From contig NMRA01000915.1 in NCBI GenBank assembly GCA_002633005.1, positions 36,855-100,854 on the forward strand: a stretch of DNA of 64,000 nt, given 5' to 3'. Position numbers and translations under genes: made by a program. Shown piece after piece: positions 27,201 to 40,300 of this stretch; the stretch's first letter is position 1; each line of letters opens with the position of its first letter. Origin of the DNA: Phoronis australis. Its lineage: Eukaryota; Animalia; Phoronida. Below the pieces are notes generated by a model. It saw only the letters and a program-made list of their open reading frames with translations. It did no database searches and was not told the origin of the DNA.

Positions 27201-29980
27201 TGGACTACAGTAAAACTGCATGACCTACTTTGAGTTTGAATCTAGGAATTCATTGATTGAATCTCAATTGAGTCGTCGTTCGGAGACGCTTTTCAGATCT
27301 AACAGACATCACTGCGGGTTGTTATGACGTATTAAACATCCAACTTCTGTCACTTTTGGTGTTAACTATTTTTGTTGTTAGGACACTCCTATTGGCTTTG
27401 TCTGTCTGTGCAAGCCGTCATGGATAGGGGTATTGTGCGAAAACAAAGTAAAGTCCTGCTCTCAAGAAACGTGTCCACAGAATACTATATGCCAAGAAGA
27501 CGACACCGACCTTGGATACTCCTGCGTTCGTAAGTAATTGTAAATGATTGTTGAAAACGTCTACGCCATCTAGTGGTTGATAATGACATTGGTTTTAGCC
27601 CTGCAGCTGGCGGTAGAACGCGAGCCACGTTTGTATGTTATTTGTGAGTGACACTTTGAATAATTTTATTTTGACACTGTAATAATGACCCATTGCGAGT
27701 TTGCTGTTATTTTTGTGTCCAACTCGATATCTGTTATTCAAAAGTTCACTGTATTTTGTTGGATTTCGTTTTCAATGTATACATTTCATGAGATGACAAA
27801 ATGCAGGTCTTTTAAAACTGACTACTCAAAGCATGATGTGTCAGTATGGAATGGCCTCTGATGTTTATGTAGCTGACACTGGGCTTTTCGATCAAGAGGA
27901 GGTGTATAAACCTGGCGTACCCATGACTCCTTCGCCTTTAGAGGAGATGGAACAAACGCGAGGAGGCCTGTTTGCGTTTGGGGTAATATTCGGAATACTG
28001 TCGTTTCTGATGGTGATCGCAAGCTCTGTTTACCTGATCAGGTGAGTCCAGTTTGATTCTTCAAAAACCTTCCAGATAAATTGCAGTAAATCATTGTCAG
28101 ACAGGTAAACAGTCACAAATCTTATACTATAAACGTCTTGGATGTAAGGTTGTGGTGCAACAGACAATGATTTCTATTACAGTTAATTAACCTATTGTTT
28201 ACTGACTCAGGAAGTATAGAAAAGAAGTTCTTGGTAAAGTGAAACGGAAATCCAAGTGCAAGTCGCAGGTACTATTCGCTTTGCTTTGTTCCTTAAACTT
28301 AGGTAAGAAAAAATTAAATGGCGAATTGCTATACAGATTTATATAAGGATGAAGCGATTCATTAAGCAAAAAATGATATGCATGAGCTCTATTTCGACCA
28401 CAATATGATTGCAAGGAACAAGAAGTCATTACCTAATTTCACTGACACTCACCGTTGGGTGGAAGAGAGTGTACCAAGGCAATATACGTATTATCTAATC
28501 ATCGCTCAATACACTTTTTAAGCAAGACGCAAAATTAGAAAACTGAAGTTAGCTGCGGTGAACCTGCCAATCAATTTTTGTTAGAAAAAAAATTTCTTTC
28601 CACGGTGACGCTGCATGTGTGTAGTTAGGAATGGTAACTCCATCTGTTGAAGAAACAAAGCACTACAAAACATGAGCCAGAACAATGGTTTTCAAAAGTG
28701 CCGCTGGATTAGGCTTTAATTGTTGAGGACAGACAACAAACTTGACTGTGAAGGATGTACTGGTAACATTGCTGTACAATTGATCGAAGTTTCCTGCGCA
28801 CTCAACAATGTAATTTACTGACATGCATGGAGCAAACGCGGATTGTTTAACTCCTGTTTGCATGCCTTATGGCAGTTGCAAATTTTTCCAAAGCAACACT
28901 TCAACGGTGCAGTTCAAGATGTTGTATTTCAATTCCAGCCAATTCCTCAGGTAACAGACCTCGCCGTTAATCGACTTCCAAGTCAGGTCAAGGTAATTTG
29001 TCTTATTTTGTAGGCATGCCGTCAGTCAATGCATATTATTGAGATAGTATTGCTGACGTTTCCAACAGAGCTACAGTGCTCATGCAGGCTTTAAACTGAT
29101 TCTTTGAATTGAAGTTTCGAATTTATGAGAAAGCAGTTGTTTAATGTTTTCTTAATGATAACATCCCAAGGAATACTGTTTTAGTTTTTGACAAGTTTTC
29201 ATGAATAGCACAGCAGAAAGGTACTCACGAAAGGTGTTTAGTTGATATATACTGTAATTGCCTGAGTAGAGAAAATCAAGTGCTGTCTTTTGTCGTTTCC
29301 AACGTGGCATATAGGCCTACATATCGCCTAACATGGTTTTCATTCATCAACAAGTATTTTTTTAAAGATCCCGAATACAAAGGCACCACGACCACTTACT
29401 CAAATCATTAAAGACTCTATTTCACTGCGAGACGACACAAGCCTTTCCAGTCGTATGCTTACATCTATTAACAATTTTGTTAAGGTGAGTGGATTAAAGT
29501 TTCTCATGTTGAGTGTGTAAAATGAAGCCCGTTTGGACCACCATGTCAGGAACTTGACCTCACGTTTGACTTGAGTACAGTATTTGTTCTTTTCTATCCC
29601 GTTTTACTCTCTTCTAACTAAACAACTAAAGCGGCAGCTATTCACAAGTAGTAACCAAACTGCAGGATGGCACTATCAACCAGTTTGTGAGACGCGCTGT
29701 GAAGTATTTAAAACCCTGAGGACATTCCATGACGTTTATCTATTCAAGTCTAAGGAGGCACTTAATAACTTCAGTGGTATTTTTATTGTAGAACTATATT
29801 GCACCCGACACTAGCCCTACTGCCGTCAACGAAGATAGCAAAAAGGCTTCATCAATCGACCCTCAGTCATCGTTAAAAAGTGGAACTTTTAATCTTTCGT
29901 CCTCAAAGAAGACCGCATATAAAACCTCAAAAGCCAGAGAAAAGACGCAATCTACCCCTGAACGAGAAAGACTCGTATGA
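19921..29980 (+). CDS. Type I membrane protein with 15 EGF-like repeats plus one truncated EGF, single TM, cytoplasmic tail predicted to end ERLV (about 1021 aa)
   Basis: Exons 19921-19933 (ATG AGG CTA TCC G|gtaagt), 20715-22494, 22878-23092, 24871-24987 (GC donor), 26182-26387, 27382-27529, 27873-28041 (TM GLFAFGVIFGILSFLMVIASSVYLI), 28211-28268, 28939-28992, 29368-29484, 29792-29980. Signal peptide MRLSVLNLVTFLSYTRA. EGF cysteine spacing is preserved across the splice junctions. Ectodomain and TM exons are well supported; the cytoplasmic exons are less certain. Confidence 0.88.
23228..23340. repeat. Near-perfect hairpin (about 41-bp arms) in an intron of the EGF gene
   Basis: caaaacgtaccgagagtggcgtacatgaagtaatatcccac / gtgggatattacttcatgtacgccactctcggtaggttttg, one mismatch. 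Confidence 0.9.
23343..23950. mobile_element. MITE with tttatcccatacgc terminal inverted repeats
   Basis: tttatcccatacgcttcgaatt (23343) versus aattcaacgcgtatgggataaa (ends 23950). Confidence 0.65.
23975..24679 (+). mobile_element. Helentron/HINE-like non-autonomous element containing a (CA)n microsatellite (about 24160-24241)
   Basis: T-rich start, internal microsatellite, ggatttcaatgaaactt-type core, 3' stem-loop caacgccccagcgttg followed by ctcttgt. Confidence 0.55.
26618..26957. mobile_element. MITE with about 33-bp TIRs and an internal array of about 20-bp repeats
   Basis: ccgttggggtgaaagggtcgccgtaaagttacg versus cgtaattttacggcgacactttccccccaacgg. Internal aataattactttacgccgca copies occur in both orientations. 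Confidence 0.8.
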
Positions 29981-31352
29981 GCGACGAATTGTTTTGCGAT
30001 GAGTAATTTCTGTTGTTTATGAATTTAAATTTATTAGTGGTTAAATACATATAATTATTTCGTAACCATTTCCAGCGATCATCAAATGTTTCAATTAAGT
30101 ACCATGCATACTGGACTGGCGGTTATTTTCGATGATACAGTTAAATGGACGCTTAGATCATTACATGCCAGTCAGGGCTATTATTTCTAGCCAAAAGACA
30201 ATGTAAAAAGTGCGATTGTCGTACGTGTTGACCCCCAAACATCCNTTTGATTACGAATATTGCTTTCAATTCATTCGTCAAACCGTCAGAACTAGCACAC
30301 ATACACTTACAATCACATCAAGAGCTAAACGTTATGCCAGGCAATTAAAAGAGGAAATTTGATCGGTGTTATATCGACCTACATCGGCATTTATTATAAG
30401 ACGTCCTCATCTTTAGCAGACGAAAACGCTGGATAAAAAATGTAATGCTGCACGTCGATGCAGTCACCTCACATTATTTCGCATGTTACAAAACCTTTCT
30501 TGATCGGAAGCCAAACGTGCGTTTTACGTATGCGCCGCAGCCCGGAGCAGAGATTTAAAGAAATGGTCGAGATGTACATCTTCGTCTGACACAATCGTTT
30601 TGGTTTGGTATTCTGTAATGTAGCACTCTCACTTGAGCTTTCACTTAGTCTTCAACTGCTGCAAAGTTGCACGTAAAAGTCACAGCTCACTGGACTGTGG
30701 TCTCTACACATCTGTAGATTCAAATCAGTTTTGGTTCTCACGGTTGATTGCGGAGAAGACTTTCCGGCAAACTGGTTATGGAAAGGAATCGAAAATATAT
30801 TAGAAATAACTAGGTTGCGCCTTAGGGCATCCACAGGGTATTTTCATATAGACATTTCATATTTTATGCACTTAGTGCCAAAAACTCAAACACGAGAACG
30901 GTAAAATAATGTTACAGAATTGCAAATACACCGAAATACATCTTAACACTCTTGCATGTACATTTAGGTAATCATGGGCGTGAAATTAGCACTTTAAAAA
31001 GTACAAAATGGAAATTCTGCGATTCCTCATTAGACTTAGATTGATAAACTAAATAAACAAACTGGTTCTATTGACTGGCAAGTTTCCTGACTTAATCAGT
31101 CTCCTGTCGAATCCATAACATCTCATTGCTAATAGTTTCACCTGTATAATACATGTACCCAAAGCCTTAATTATTTGACTGGGAGTTCAAAATCTTGACC
31201 ACTAAAGAGAAGTTATTTATTCTTGCTTTGCGAACTGCTGCGTATCTAACACAATCACCCCATCCATAGAATTATAGAAAAAAATTGTAAATAAAAACTT
31301 TAAGAAAAAAGGAATTGTTACATTTGTTTGGAATGTACAGCGGTACCAAATC

Positions 31353-34300
31353 CTAAAAGTTCTCATAATGGTGCTCGAATGACGTCTTATTCGTCATTTT
31401 ATTGCTGTTCAAGCATGACTTCTCCACGTTCTTCGTCAGCCCGGGTGGTCCGCAGCTAAACACACCTATCTTCTTCACCTAAAATATAAACCAATGCTGA
31501 TTCAAGAGTTTTCCAGACTTGACAGTTTACAGTGTAACATCAGTTCTAATATGATGCCTTGCGTAAATGTGCAAACGAAGACCTTCAAAACAGTGCTGAT
31601 AGCCATTATGTAAACTAACATTTAATTAACTTTAAGCCACTTGATGTTGATCAGTATATTCTTTGCAGGCAGCCAGTTTTGTGAATGTAAAAGTGAAACG
31701 TATCCTTCCTCAACCACCTTTCTAACTTAAATCACCGTTTGTTGTACGTCATTTTGGGCGCACAGAGTGTATAAATACGTGGCGTTACCTTGGGATATTT
31801 CTCGTGAACGGACCTGAAGAACGTCTCAAACTCGGGACGGCCAAAGTGTGTTTTAGCAGTAAGCCCGGTGAACAGGCTTTTTCCGGATATCTTGGTGAAG
31901 TGCTCTTCACAGATGTACTGAAATTACATAGACACCGAAATTCTTGTCACTCTTTGTTGTCGTACGCCTATACTAAATGTAGTTTTGCACCTAGCAATTG
32001 AAATTGAATTTAACTAGTTAAATTCATTTATCGTCATTATTTCGATATTTGTTAGTTTATTTTTATATCAACCCTTAGGGTTTATTTTAACACTCATTTC
32101 TATTTTTATCCTTCAGGTTCTACCTTTGTATTCATACACTTCACTACTCTACACCTGATTGGTCACTCATATTTCATTTGTTTACTATGGCGTGGCCTAG
32201 TTCATTCAGCCGCCTATCTCGTTGTGTCTACAAGACCTTTACGTTTTTCTCAGTATTTTTATTTATACGCAGTTCTTCAGCAAAATTTAACAATGGACGT
32301 GGAACTTTCACTTAAAAGCAGTTGCAAGCCAGCCTTCCGTAGATGAGGAGTAATTTTTGGGCAAGGGAATAACTGCTAGTTCGGTGGCTCTTGAGAGCAT
32401 GTTCGGCGTATAAAATGACCCCGTGGCGAGCTAACTTACTCGCTGGCTCCCTGTGTGCCACTAGGTGGTCAGTAGCCAGCAAGCAGGTATCACTAATTTT
32501 CCTCGGGAATCTCTGGCATCAAAGATACTGTATAGTCTATGCTGGCATGACTGATGGCCTGAAGTGTCTGTTGCTACAGACAAGTCGGTGCTTAAAATTT
32601 ATGTTCAGGAAATGTGAATCTTAGATATTTTGGTGGTGCCTTTTCGGAATGCATCTTTCTACTGTCGATGACTTTTGTTTCCGATACTGTCCAGTATGAG
32701 TAACACACCGATTAAATTGGACAGATATGTGTTTATTGTACATGTATATGCTTCAAGCACGCGGCTATTAAACATCACTGCAGAAACGAAATAGTTGCAT
32801 TAGCATTAGGCTAAAAATCGTTCACAGTCCGCCATTTTTTCACGGTGTTGTAAAGCTAACCAATGACTGCTCAGGTTACATCAACCAATGCTAAAGCGCG
32901 TGCCACTGCGTGATACCTGCGTGCTGGCTAGGTACGTAGGGCACCAGCGAGGCTAACTTATCGAGTCTGATCTTTAGTAATAACGAGCTTTCATCTCGTC
33001 CGATGACTAGTCTCTAACCTGACTAAGGAACAAGTTAAGACCAGATTTACAATGGTATGTACCGGTACTTCAGTATTATTTTGCCAGATTTATAGGCGCT
33101 TTATTGACACAGTGCAGTTTGAAGTACATGCTTACATACATACGTGCATACCTTTATGCATACAAGCAGTGCTGTAGTGGGGCGTAGGCGCACGTAAGCG
33201 CAGCCCACACCTTTTGGCATCTGAACGTAGCGCCTACGCACCGTATGTTACATTCAGTGCTCAAGGTGATACGATGGGCTTCGGGCTCCTACTTACCTCT
33301 AATTTTACCACTACAGCACTACATACAAGCATACGTGCTCCTGCACACATCAGCGTAATGTGAGCAAGATTATCAAGCCTGTCAACAGACTACACCGTCG
33401 TGTACGATCAGATGTACGTACATACATACATGCCGTTAGTTATGATTCAGTTAATAGTTACTTTGTCGGTCGGACGGTCAGAAGTCATGAGTAATTAGAC
33501 AGGAAGCCTACGTACCAACATGGTTGTCCGTAGATCAAACTTTTCAAAGAACTGGGTAATAAAGATGTGGGTCGATACCACATTGTGGACATCAACTTCT
33601 TCGACTTGTCGTAATATGTCAATCAACCATTCAAAATGGCGGTGACTGTTGGTAACCCAGATGAAATACAACTGAAATGAAAAATAATAATCTTTATCAA
33701 TTGTGATTGTAGACATTGCGGTCGAGACAAAAAAATACTGCTTAAATCGAGTTCATGAATGCTCTATAATTTTGATTATTTATTAAAGGTGTCTGAACGG
33801 TTTGCAACCTCAAACTCACAACCGTAAACTTTAGCCGGTAAAAGCTCAAATGCTTTTCAATTTCAGGTACCAGCTAAAAAGATATTTGCTATCACTTTCA
33901 AATTATGCTAAACATTTTATTATCGACTTTTCACCCAACTAAAAAGTCAACACGTGTAACATGTAACTTCGCATTATCGCATATTACAAATAGTGATTAA
34001 AAGTAGCGCTGACTTTACTGTGTATTCTTGCGGATGTGTTGAAGGGACTCACCTTTTGGCATTTCATCCGGTACATGCTGTTAATGGACGACAAGTGGAC
34101 AAAATCCTTGAGGATAGACGCATACGGTGTGACGCCAATGCCGCCACCAACAAGGACCGAGATGTCATATTTGTACCAATCTTGATGACCCGAACCATAA
34201 GGACCATCCAGCAACAACTGAAACGAAGACTTAATATCTACATGTATGCTTGGAATCTGTGGTTGCATTGGATTGACTTCGTCGGCTCTGCCGGCTAAAA

Positions 34301-37300
34301 CATGATATCACGATGACGATTTCCGGCTTACAACCTTTCAGTGTACAGTTCAGTAGCTGTCTTGCGACTAGAAAAATCTACCCAAATCACGTGTTCTCAT
34401 TTAAAATACACGACAATGTCTCGCATATTCTCGCGAAGTCTTGATTTTTAGCGAGGTCCTAGCGGTAGGTCCTAGGGTTACTGAACTCTACCCAGATGTC
34501 TTACCTGGAAAGTCAGTCAAGTGAGTCATGCGAAGGTGTCTATGGCTGACCAAGACTTTTCGATGGATCTGACTATCGCTGTGAGCCCTAGTTGCAGTTT
34601 AGTTCTAATTGTCACATTTGTTTTGGCAGTTTTGGATGATATTTGGTGAAGAAGCTTCTATTTTGGAGACAACGCCATATAGTGGACATTTTTGTTCTTT
34701 AGAGTCTACCTTTTGTCATCTATTGCTGTATCTGCCAGACTGGACAATCGGCAGATTTGTTTGGACTGACTAGAACATAACTGACGTTAATTTTTGGATG
34801 GTACAACTAGTGCGGTGCCCCCTAGTGGCATTTATTTTTTCTATCTGTGACTGTATCTCCTAAGCCCCGGAGCGGATCTTTGTGAAATTTGGCACGTGTA
34901 TTGCCATTAATTTGACAACAGATGAGCAGTTTCAGTTACAGCTATGGCTGTCAGCGGAATGCGATTTTTTATGTTTGTCCCTGTATCCACTTCTTTGGCG
35001 GATTTTCATGAAATAAGACAAAAAGTTTGCACACAGGTTTGCTGTATTCTTCGCTACCTAGTGGCCATTTTTAGGATACTAATTAACACACTTAGAATCA
35101 TACCTTTGCGGTGCAGTCGTGGGCTCATTTTATTGCTTTGTGTTCCTATTATTGTAAACATCATACCCTAAAATTCGTGTTAAAATGGAATATGCTCCAT
35201 TCTTGAGATCCCATCAATGCCAATCTGATTTGAATCAACTGTTTCTCGTGCTCTTCAGTCCGAATACAGCATGAACAAACTTGCTGACCCTACCTTCGGA
35301 TACGGTTTCCCGTTTAGGTTCTCCGTATCGAACAAATATCGCAAGTTCCACGTCCATGGACCGACAGATCTTATGTGAAGTAGCAACGTGTCCTCGTGTG
35401 GTGCAGAAGTCAGCGTGAATGGATGGTATTCATTTTTACCTTGCGAGAGACATGCAATGCGAACCCACTGGCCGGATTTGTACTCGAAATTGGATGGGCG
35501 TTTGAATTCTATGCAGTTGATGTCTAAAATTGTAATAAAAGTGTAAAAAAACATGATGAAGAACAAGTGGGAGTTGAGGGTGAAAAACGCTTTTTAATCA
35601 CAGGCTAACGCAACACTTTATGAAGCCGAGGTTACACAACTACAGTTGCATGGGTCTGTGGGACCGAAAGTGAGGCCACAACTTCTAGAAAATGAAGCAA
35701 CTGCCTCTTAGAAATGTGTTGCTTAAAAACCTTACAACAGCTTTCAAAATGATAAACTTGTGAAAAGCTTAAACTGAGCCTCGTTTGGAACGTATCGAGT
35801 TAGTGTTTTAGAAAAGTAAATCATTCAGTTTTACAACGGGATAGTGATCTCAATTGGAACCTGACAGGACAAGAACATTTTTACAAATGGAATCACAGCG
35901 AGACCTGAAATGTGTTGCATCAGTCATAAGAAACACGTATATGCTGAACATAAAGAAAACTCATTACCAGACGGCAAGAGTTCTGCCTTGATAACACTAA
36001 TTTCTATGTTCTTTCGGCTGATGCTAATCAGCTTGTCGATAGTGAAGAGCACAGCCGGTCCAACGAAATAGATGTAGAACCCCGGAGGTTGTAGCAGTCG
36101 TCCGGAGCCATGCAAGAGCAGTAGAATGTACCACGGAATGATTAGTTTGTGCGTGATCCAAAAGGCGGCGAAGATGTATTGGCGGGAAGTTTGTGTGGCA
36201 AAGATGTAGATGGTAATCATAACTAACGTTGCCAGAAGACCGGTGATTCCTGGAAAAATAATAACCTTTTCTTTCAAGAAAGCTGACATGGTTCTTTTTG
36301 GGTACGCAAGATAGTGATAAATGAGCCTTATACTGGTCAACACATTTCGAAATGATCAAACTGATTCAACAACTTCAAGTATTTTTAATGTATAATTATC
36401 CAAATTGATAATCGGAAACACGTGGCCTTGAATTTTACGACGCAGAAATACACTAAAGGCATTTACTTATTTTAAATGACCCGACTTACCAGTTATCGTC
36501 TCATACAGCCAGAACGCAAAGTTAGGCAGGAAGTTCGATTTGAAGTACATTTCGTTGAACATACAGAGGTGAGAGATGGGTTGAGTGGACAGGTGATAGA
36601 AGTTGAATAAGTGTCCGACAACGTGAATCACTGGAAGAATCAAATGAGCTATTCAGGCCCGATTCAAATGAAGTTAGCGATCTTATGAGAGAGAGCGAGA
36701 GAAGGGGAACTTTGATTACTCCAAAAGTATAAGGATTTAAACCAACCTGAGATTACATGAAAATCAACAATTGAAAAGTGAAAAATAATCTTAACACAAA
36801 AAGCTTTTTTGGTTCTGGTATCTATCCTTTGCTTATTTTGAGACCTGCGTTTACCGACCATGGAACACCCGCCCGCATCAATTTCGGCCAAGCGAATGTT
36901 TCGTGTGTGTTTTAAAAAGCTGCACAAAGGCACATAAACAAGGTTTGTAGCGCCATGATTTTCCAAGCGATAAGTGGAAGTAAACGATCCTGTATCATTT
37001 TCGCTTGTCTCCGTTGGAGCAACTGAAAAACATACTGCAGCACCGACTCGACTTTCCGAATAAGCAGAGACCAAAACCAACTATGCTTTGTTGACAGTTC
37101 GATAAGTTATTGCACCCGACAGGCAAAACCTGAAATATCAAGCTTGCATAATACAGACACGTCACGCAATGCAGCTGTCAAAAGTTAAGTCGCCTTTAAT
37201 ATGACTTTCTGCAACAATACGTGATTCCATATTTTTCTGAATAGTTTTTACACGTGCATGTTTAGGCTGTTATGGGAAATGTATTAACTCAACAAGAAAA

Positions 37301-40300
37301 CTTTTGATCTGGCATTTTGTCGAAATAATTAAGGAGGGCTATTGAGCTTAGGAAGAAATGTGGGCGTGCACAGTTGCACTTTTGAGTGTATGAGTGATGT
37401 GTCTAACGGAAAAAGTGTTAGATGCGTTATGTCACTCTGTCTGCCAGGAGTGCATTTCAGCTTTCTGAATATGCGTGCGTGCGTGTGACGCTAATAACAT
37501 TCACCCATATGAAATCTGTGTAGTTTGATGTTCCTTTACCACATTTTAATTTAAATCCACATTTTTGACACTTTTGACAACCCTCTTGCATTAACAGTGA
37601 CCGTACAATAACCTTCAGGTTATCACACGGGCGTGCGACACGGTTATTGCACGGGTGTATCAACGATGCACGCGGTATAAACGAGGAACACTTGGACAAT
37701 AGATGTTAACTGTTGAAAATGCCACTTGGCTATAATTGAGTCAGTGATACATATAGAAAAGTAACGTTTCTATGTGAGCATAATGTGACCAAAGGTAAAT
37801 AAAGGATTTCGGTAATGGTTTGATATTTGAGAACCAGTTTTCTCCACTGAATAACGGGCATCAAAGTGGTTCTCAAAATACGGGCACGTTATATCAGACT
37901 ATTGCTAGGATTTCGATGAAATACGAAGGGAATTTTGAACGTCGAAAGAAATAAATGGGAATCGACTCCTACACTACCTGTAAAAAATAAGCCAGTCCAA
38001 GCGACGTTTTTGTGAAAAGCCACGCTGGAGTCGAACGGCACGTAGAGGTTGAGAAAAGTTTCTCTCAGCCACGTGATCATGTTGCGGCACATCGTCAGCA
38101 GGATCAATCCATAACAGAAACCAAGAGCATTAGCGCCACCTCTTGAGAAAGAAACACCGTATCCTGTCAGACGTCTAACACCAGTATGCTCTGTTTCAAC
38201 GGCGTAATCTATGGAACAATGAATACGGTTATTGAAATACCTGTCATTTGCTTTTGACCAGAACGAAAGACCAGTAATATATGAACGTCAGAAATTGCGA
38301 TAACTGTTCATCTTTTTCTTGTTTATTATTGTCATCTTAATTTCATAGTGAAATGTTCACACGACATACAACTTATGCTGATAAAATGCGTACATGTAGT
38401 TGTCAACTTTTAGAAACTACTTTGGGACGGTGAGCTTATAGATTTATGAATTCTTTATTTGTTATATTTGCAACAACATCTTCATTGGATATTACGCAAT
38501 GTTACGGTCGGCGATTACTCAGTTGAGGACGACTTGAGAATTAACGACCAAAACGGAGCGCAACACCCCAAATAGCAAGTAAGCAAACAATGAATCGCTT
38601 AATTCTATGTATTTGTGGTTAATGACGGTAGCTTTTAGATTTTACTTACGGTAAAACTTGTCAGCGAACAGTCCAATGCAAATGCCGTAAAACAGAACCA
38701 AATAGAAAATGTGTTGCTTATGGTTCTCTATAAAATGAAGAAACCAGTTGAGTTTGGCGCGAACGGGGTTGTACTTCTCGCGAATTCCGCTTACCCTCAC
38801 GGTACTGAAATAAAGTTACAAAAATATCAACCAAAATCAAGGTAAGCCTATGAGTCTTTGTACGTTGTGTTGTTTGGTTTCTAATAAGTTTAGATCAGTG
38901 TTAAAAGGCAGTAAACCTCAAAGAAACTATGAGTACTAGCTTTTTTCACAATCAGTAAGAACATTTACCCTTGACAGTTTCGGCTCCTATCAGCAGCCAT
39001 CTTCCGAAGTTGTCAGACGCTAGGTGGCGTGGTGATCAGGCCTATTCCCTCCATAGTCCTTGTTCATGGCTGATCCGGAACAGCCTGATCACCACGCCAC
39101 CTAGTGTCTAATAACTTCGGAAGTTGGCTACTGATGAGAGCCGAAACTATCAAGGGTAAATATATTCTTACTGGTTGTGAAAAAGAAACTCCTACTCATC
39201 TACTCTACCAACCTTATAAAAATGTTTAGTGATACTCGAAGAAACTACATTTCTATTTGGACATACTTTGGCTATGAAATTGGTCTCAACTTGTTCTTTA
39301 CTCAGATGAGAAGTGATTTAAATTGACAGTTCGTCATTTTTCGAAGCCTCGCGAATCAACTTTCATTTAGGGACAGCAGTAATGACCTATCACTTCTATC
39401 TAAGCCTAGAGAAAGCACCTATTTTAAATCAGAAATAACTTGAAGACAATTTCATAACGGTAAGTGGTCTATATACACATGCAAAATTGTTAGTATTTGT
39501 GACGAACAGTAGGTCTGTAGCCACTATATATAAAATTTGTTAAAGTTAGTTTGTACAATCCAACGGTATGTTGCTGTCTAACTGCTATGTGTTGTTTCAA
39601 TAAGTAAATAAAGTAACATTTTTTCCACGAAGGTTCGACATCCATCACAAGACGCAATGTTATCGTACCTTTGAACAGCTATGTCGTCGTTTGGTTTGTT
39701 CGCAGGCTCCCTCGGTCCTCTTTTGGTTACACTTGAAGTCGACGATGACGAAGACGAGCCGATTCTTCTGTCACGTTTAGTGGGTGGACGTGTTTTGACT
39801 TCCTTTTTCAACCCTTTCCAGTCCAGTCTCATCGACTGCATATGGCCTGACATCAATTTCTGAAAGCCTTCAAAATTTATGGCACGCGACGGGTCTACAC
39901 CGGCCGCCTCGTACCAAGAGTCGATGATTTTGTTCGTCTCCTCTACGCCCATGTTAGTATTCGCCATTTCTGTCAACGACCTTTTTAAAACATAATGATG
40001 CCATTAACCACTTCTTTATTCATCAAATGTTTCAGATTTATTTACTTGTGAAAGTGCTAAACACAAACTAATTTTCAATACCGGAGTCTGTAACAGATTT
40101 TGAAGGACGCTATGCCTCATATACCCAAAGAGATTTTTGAACTGCCATTTGTTAGGTTTGTGTTTACGAGTGGAGACGTACCTTTGTTACTTATGCGGCT
40201 GATGCCACAATAACAAATAAATCAAAGCATTCCAAACAGTTTCACTTTCTGTAACTCACTCAAGACAAGATGTCAAGTAAAGAGACAAAATTATTCACCA

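Noticed and set aside
29632-29814. Alternative last exons for the EGF gene (acceptors 29632 and 29666)
   Set aside because: Weaker immediate acceptor context or less protein-like products than 29792. Not excluded without cDNA.
19921-29980. Naming the EGF gene crumbs, Notch or Delta
   Set aside because: No Laminin-G, LNR/ankyrin or DSL domain is visible, and the tail is much longer than in Crumbs. Orthology needs a phylogeny.
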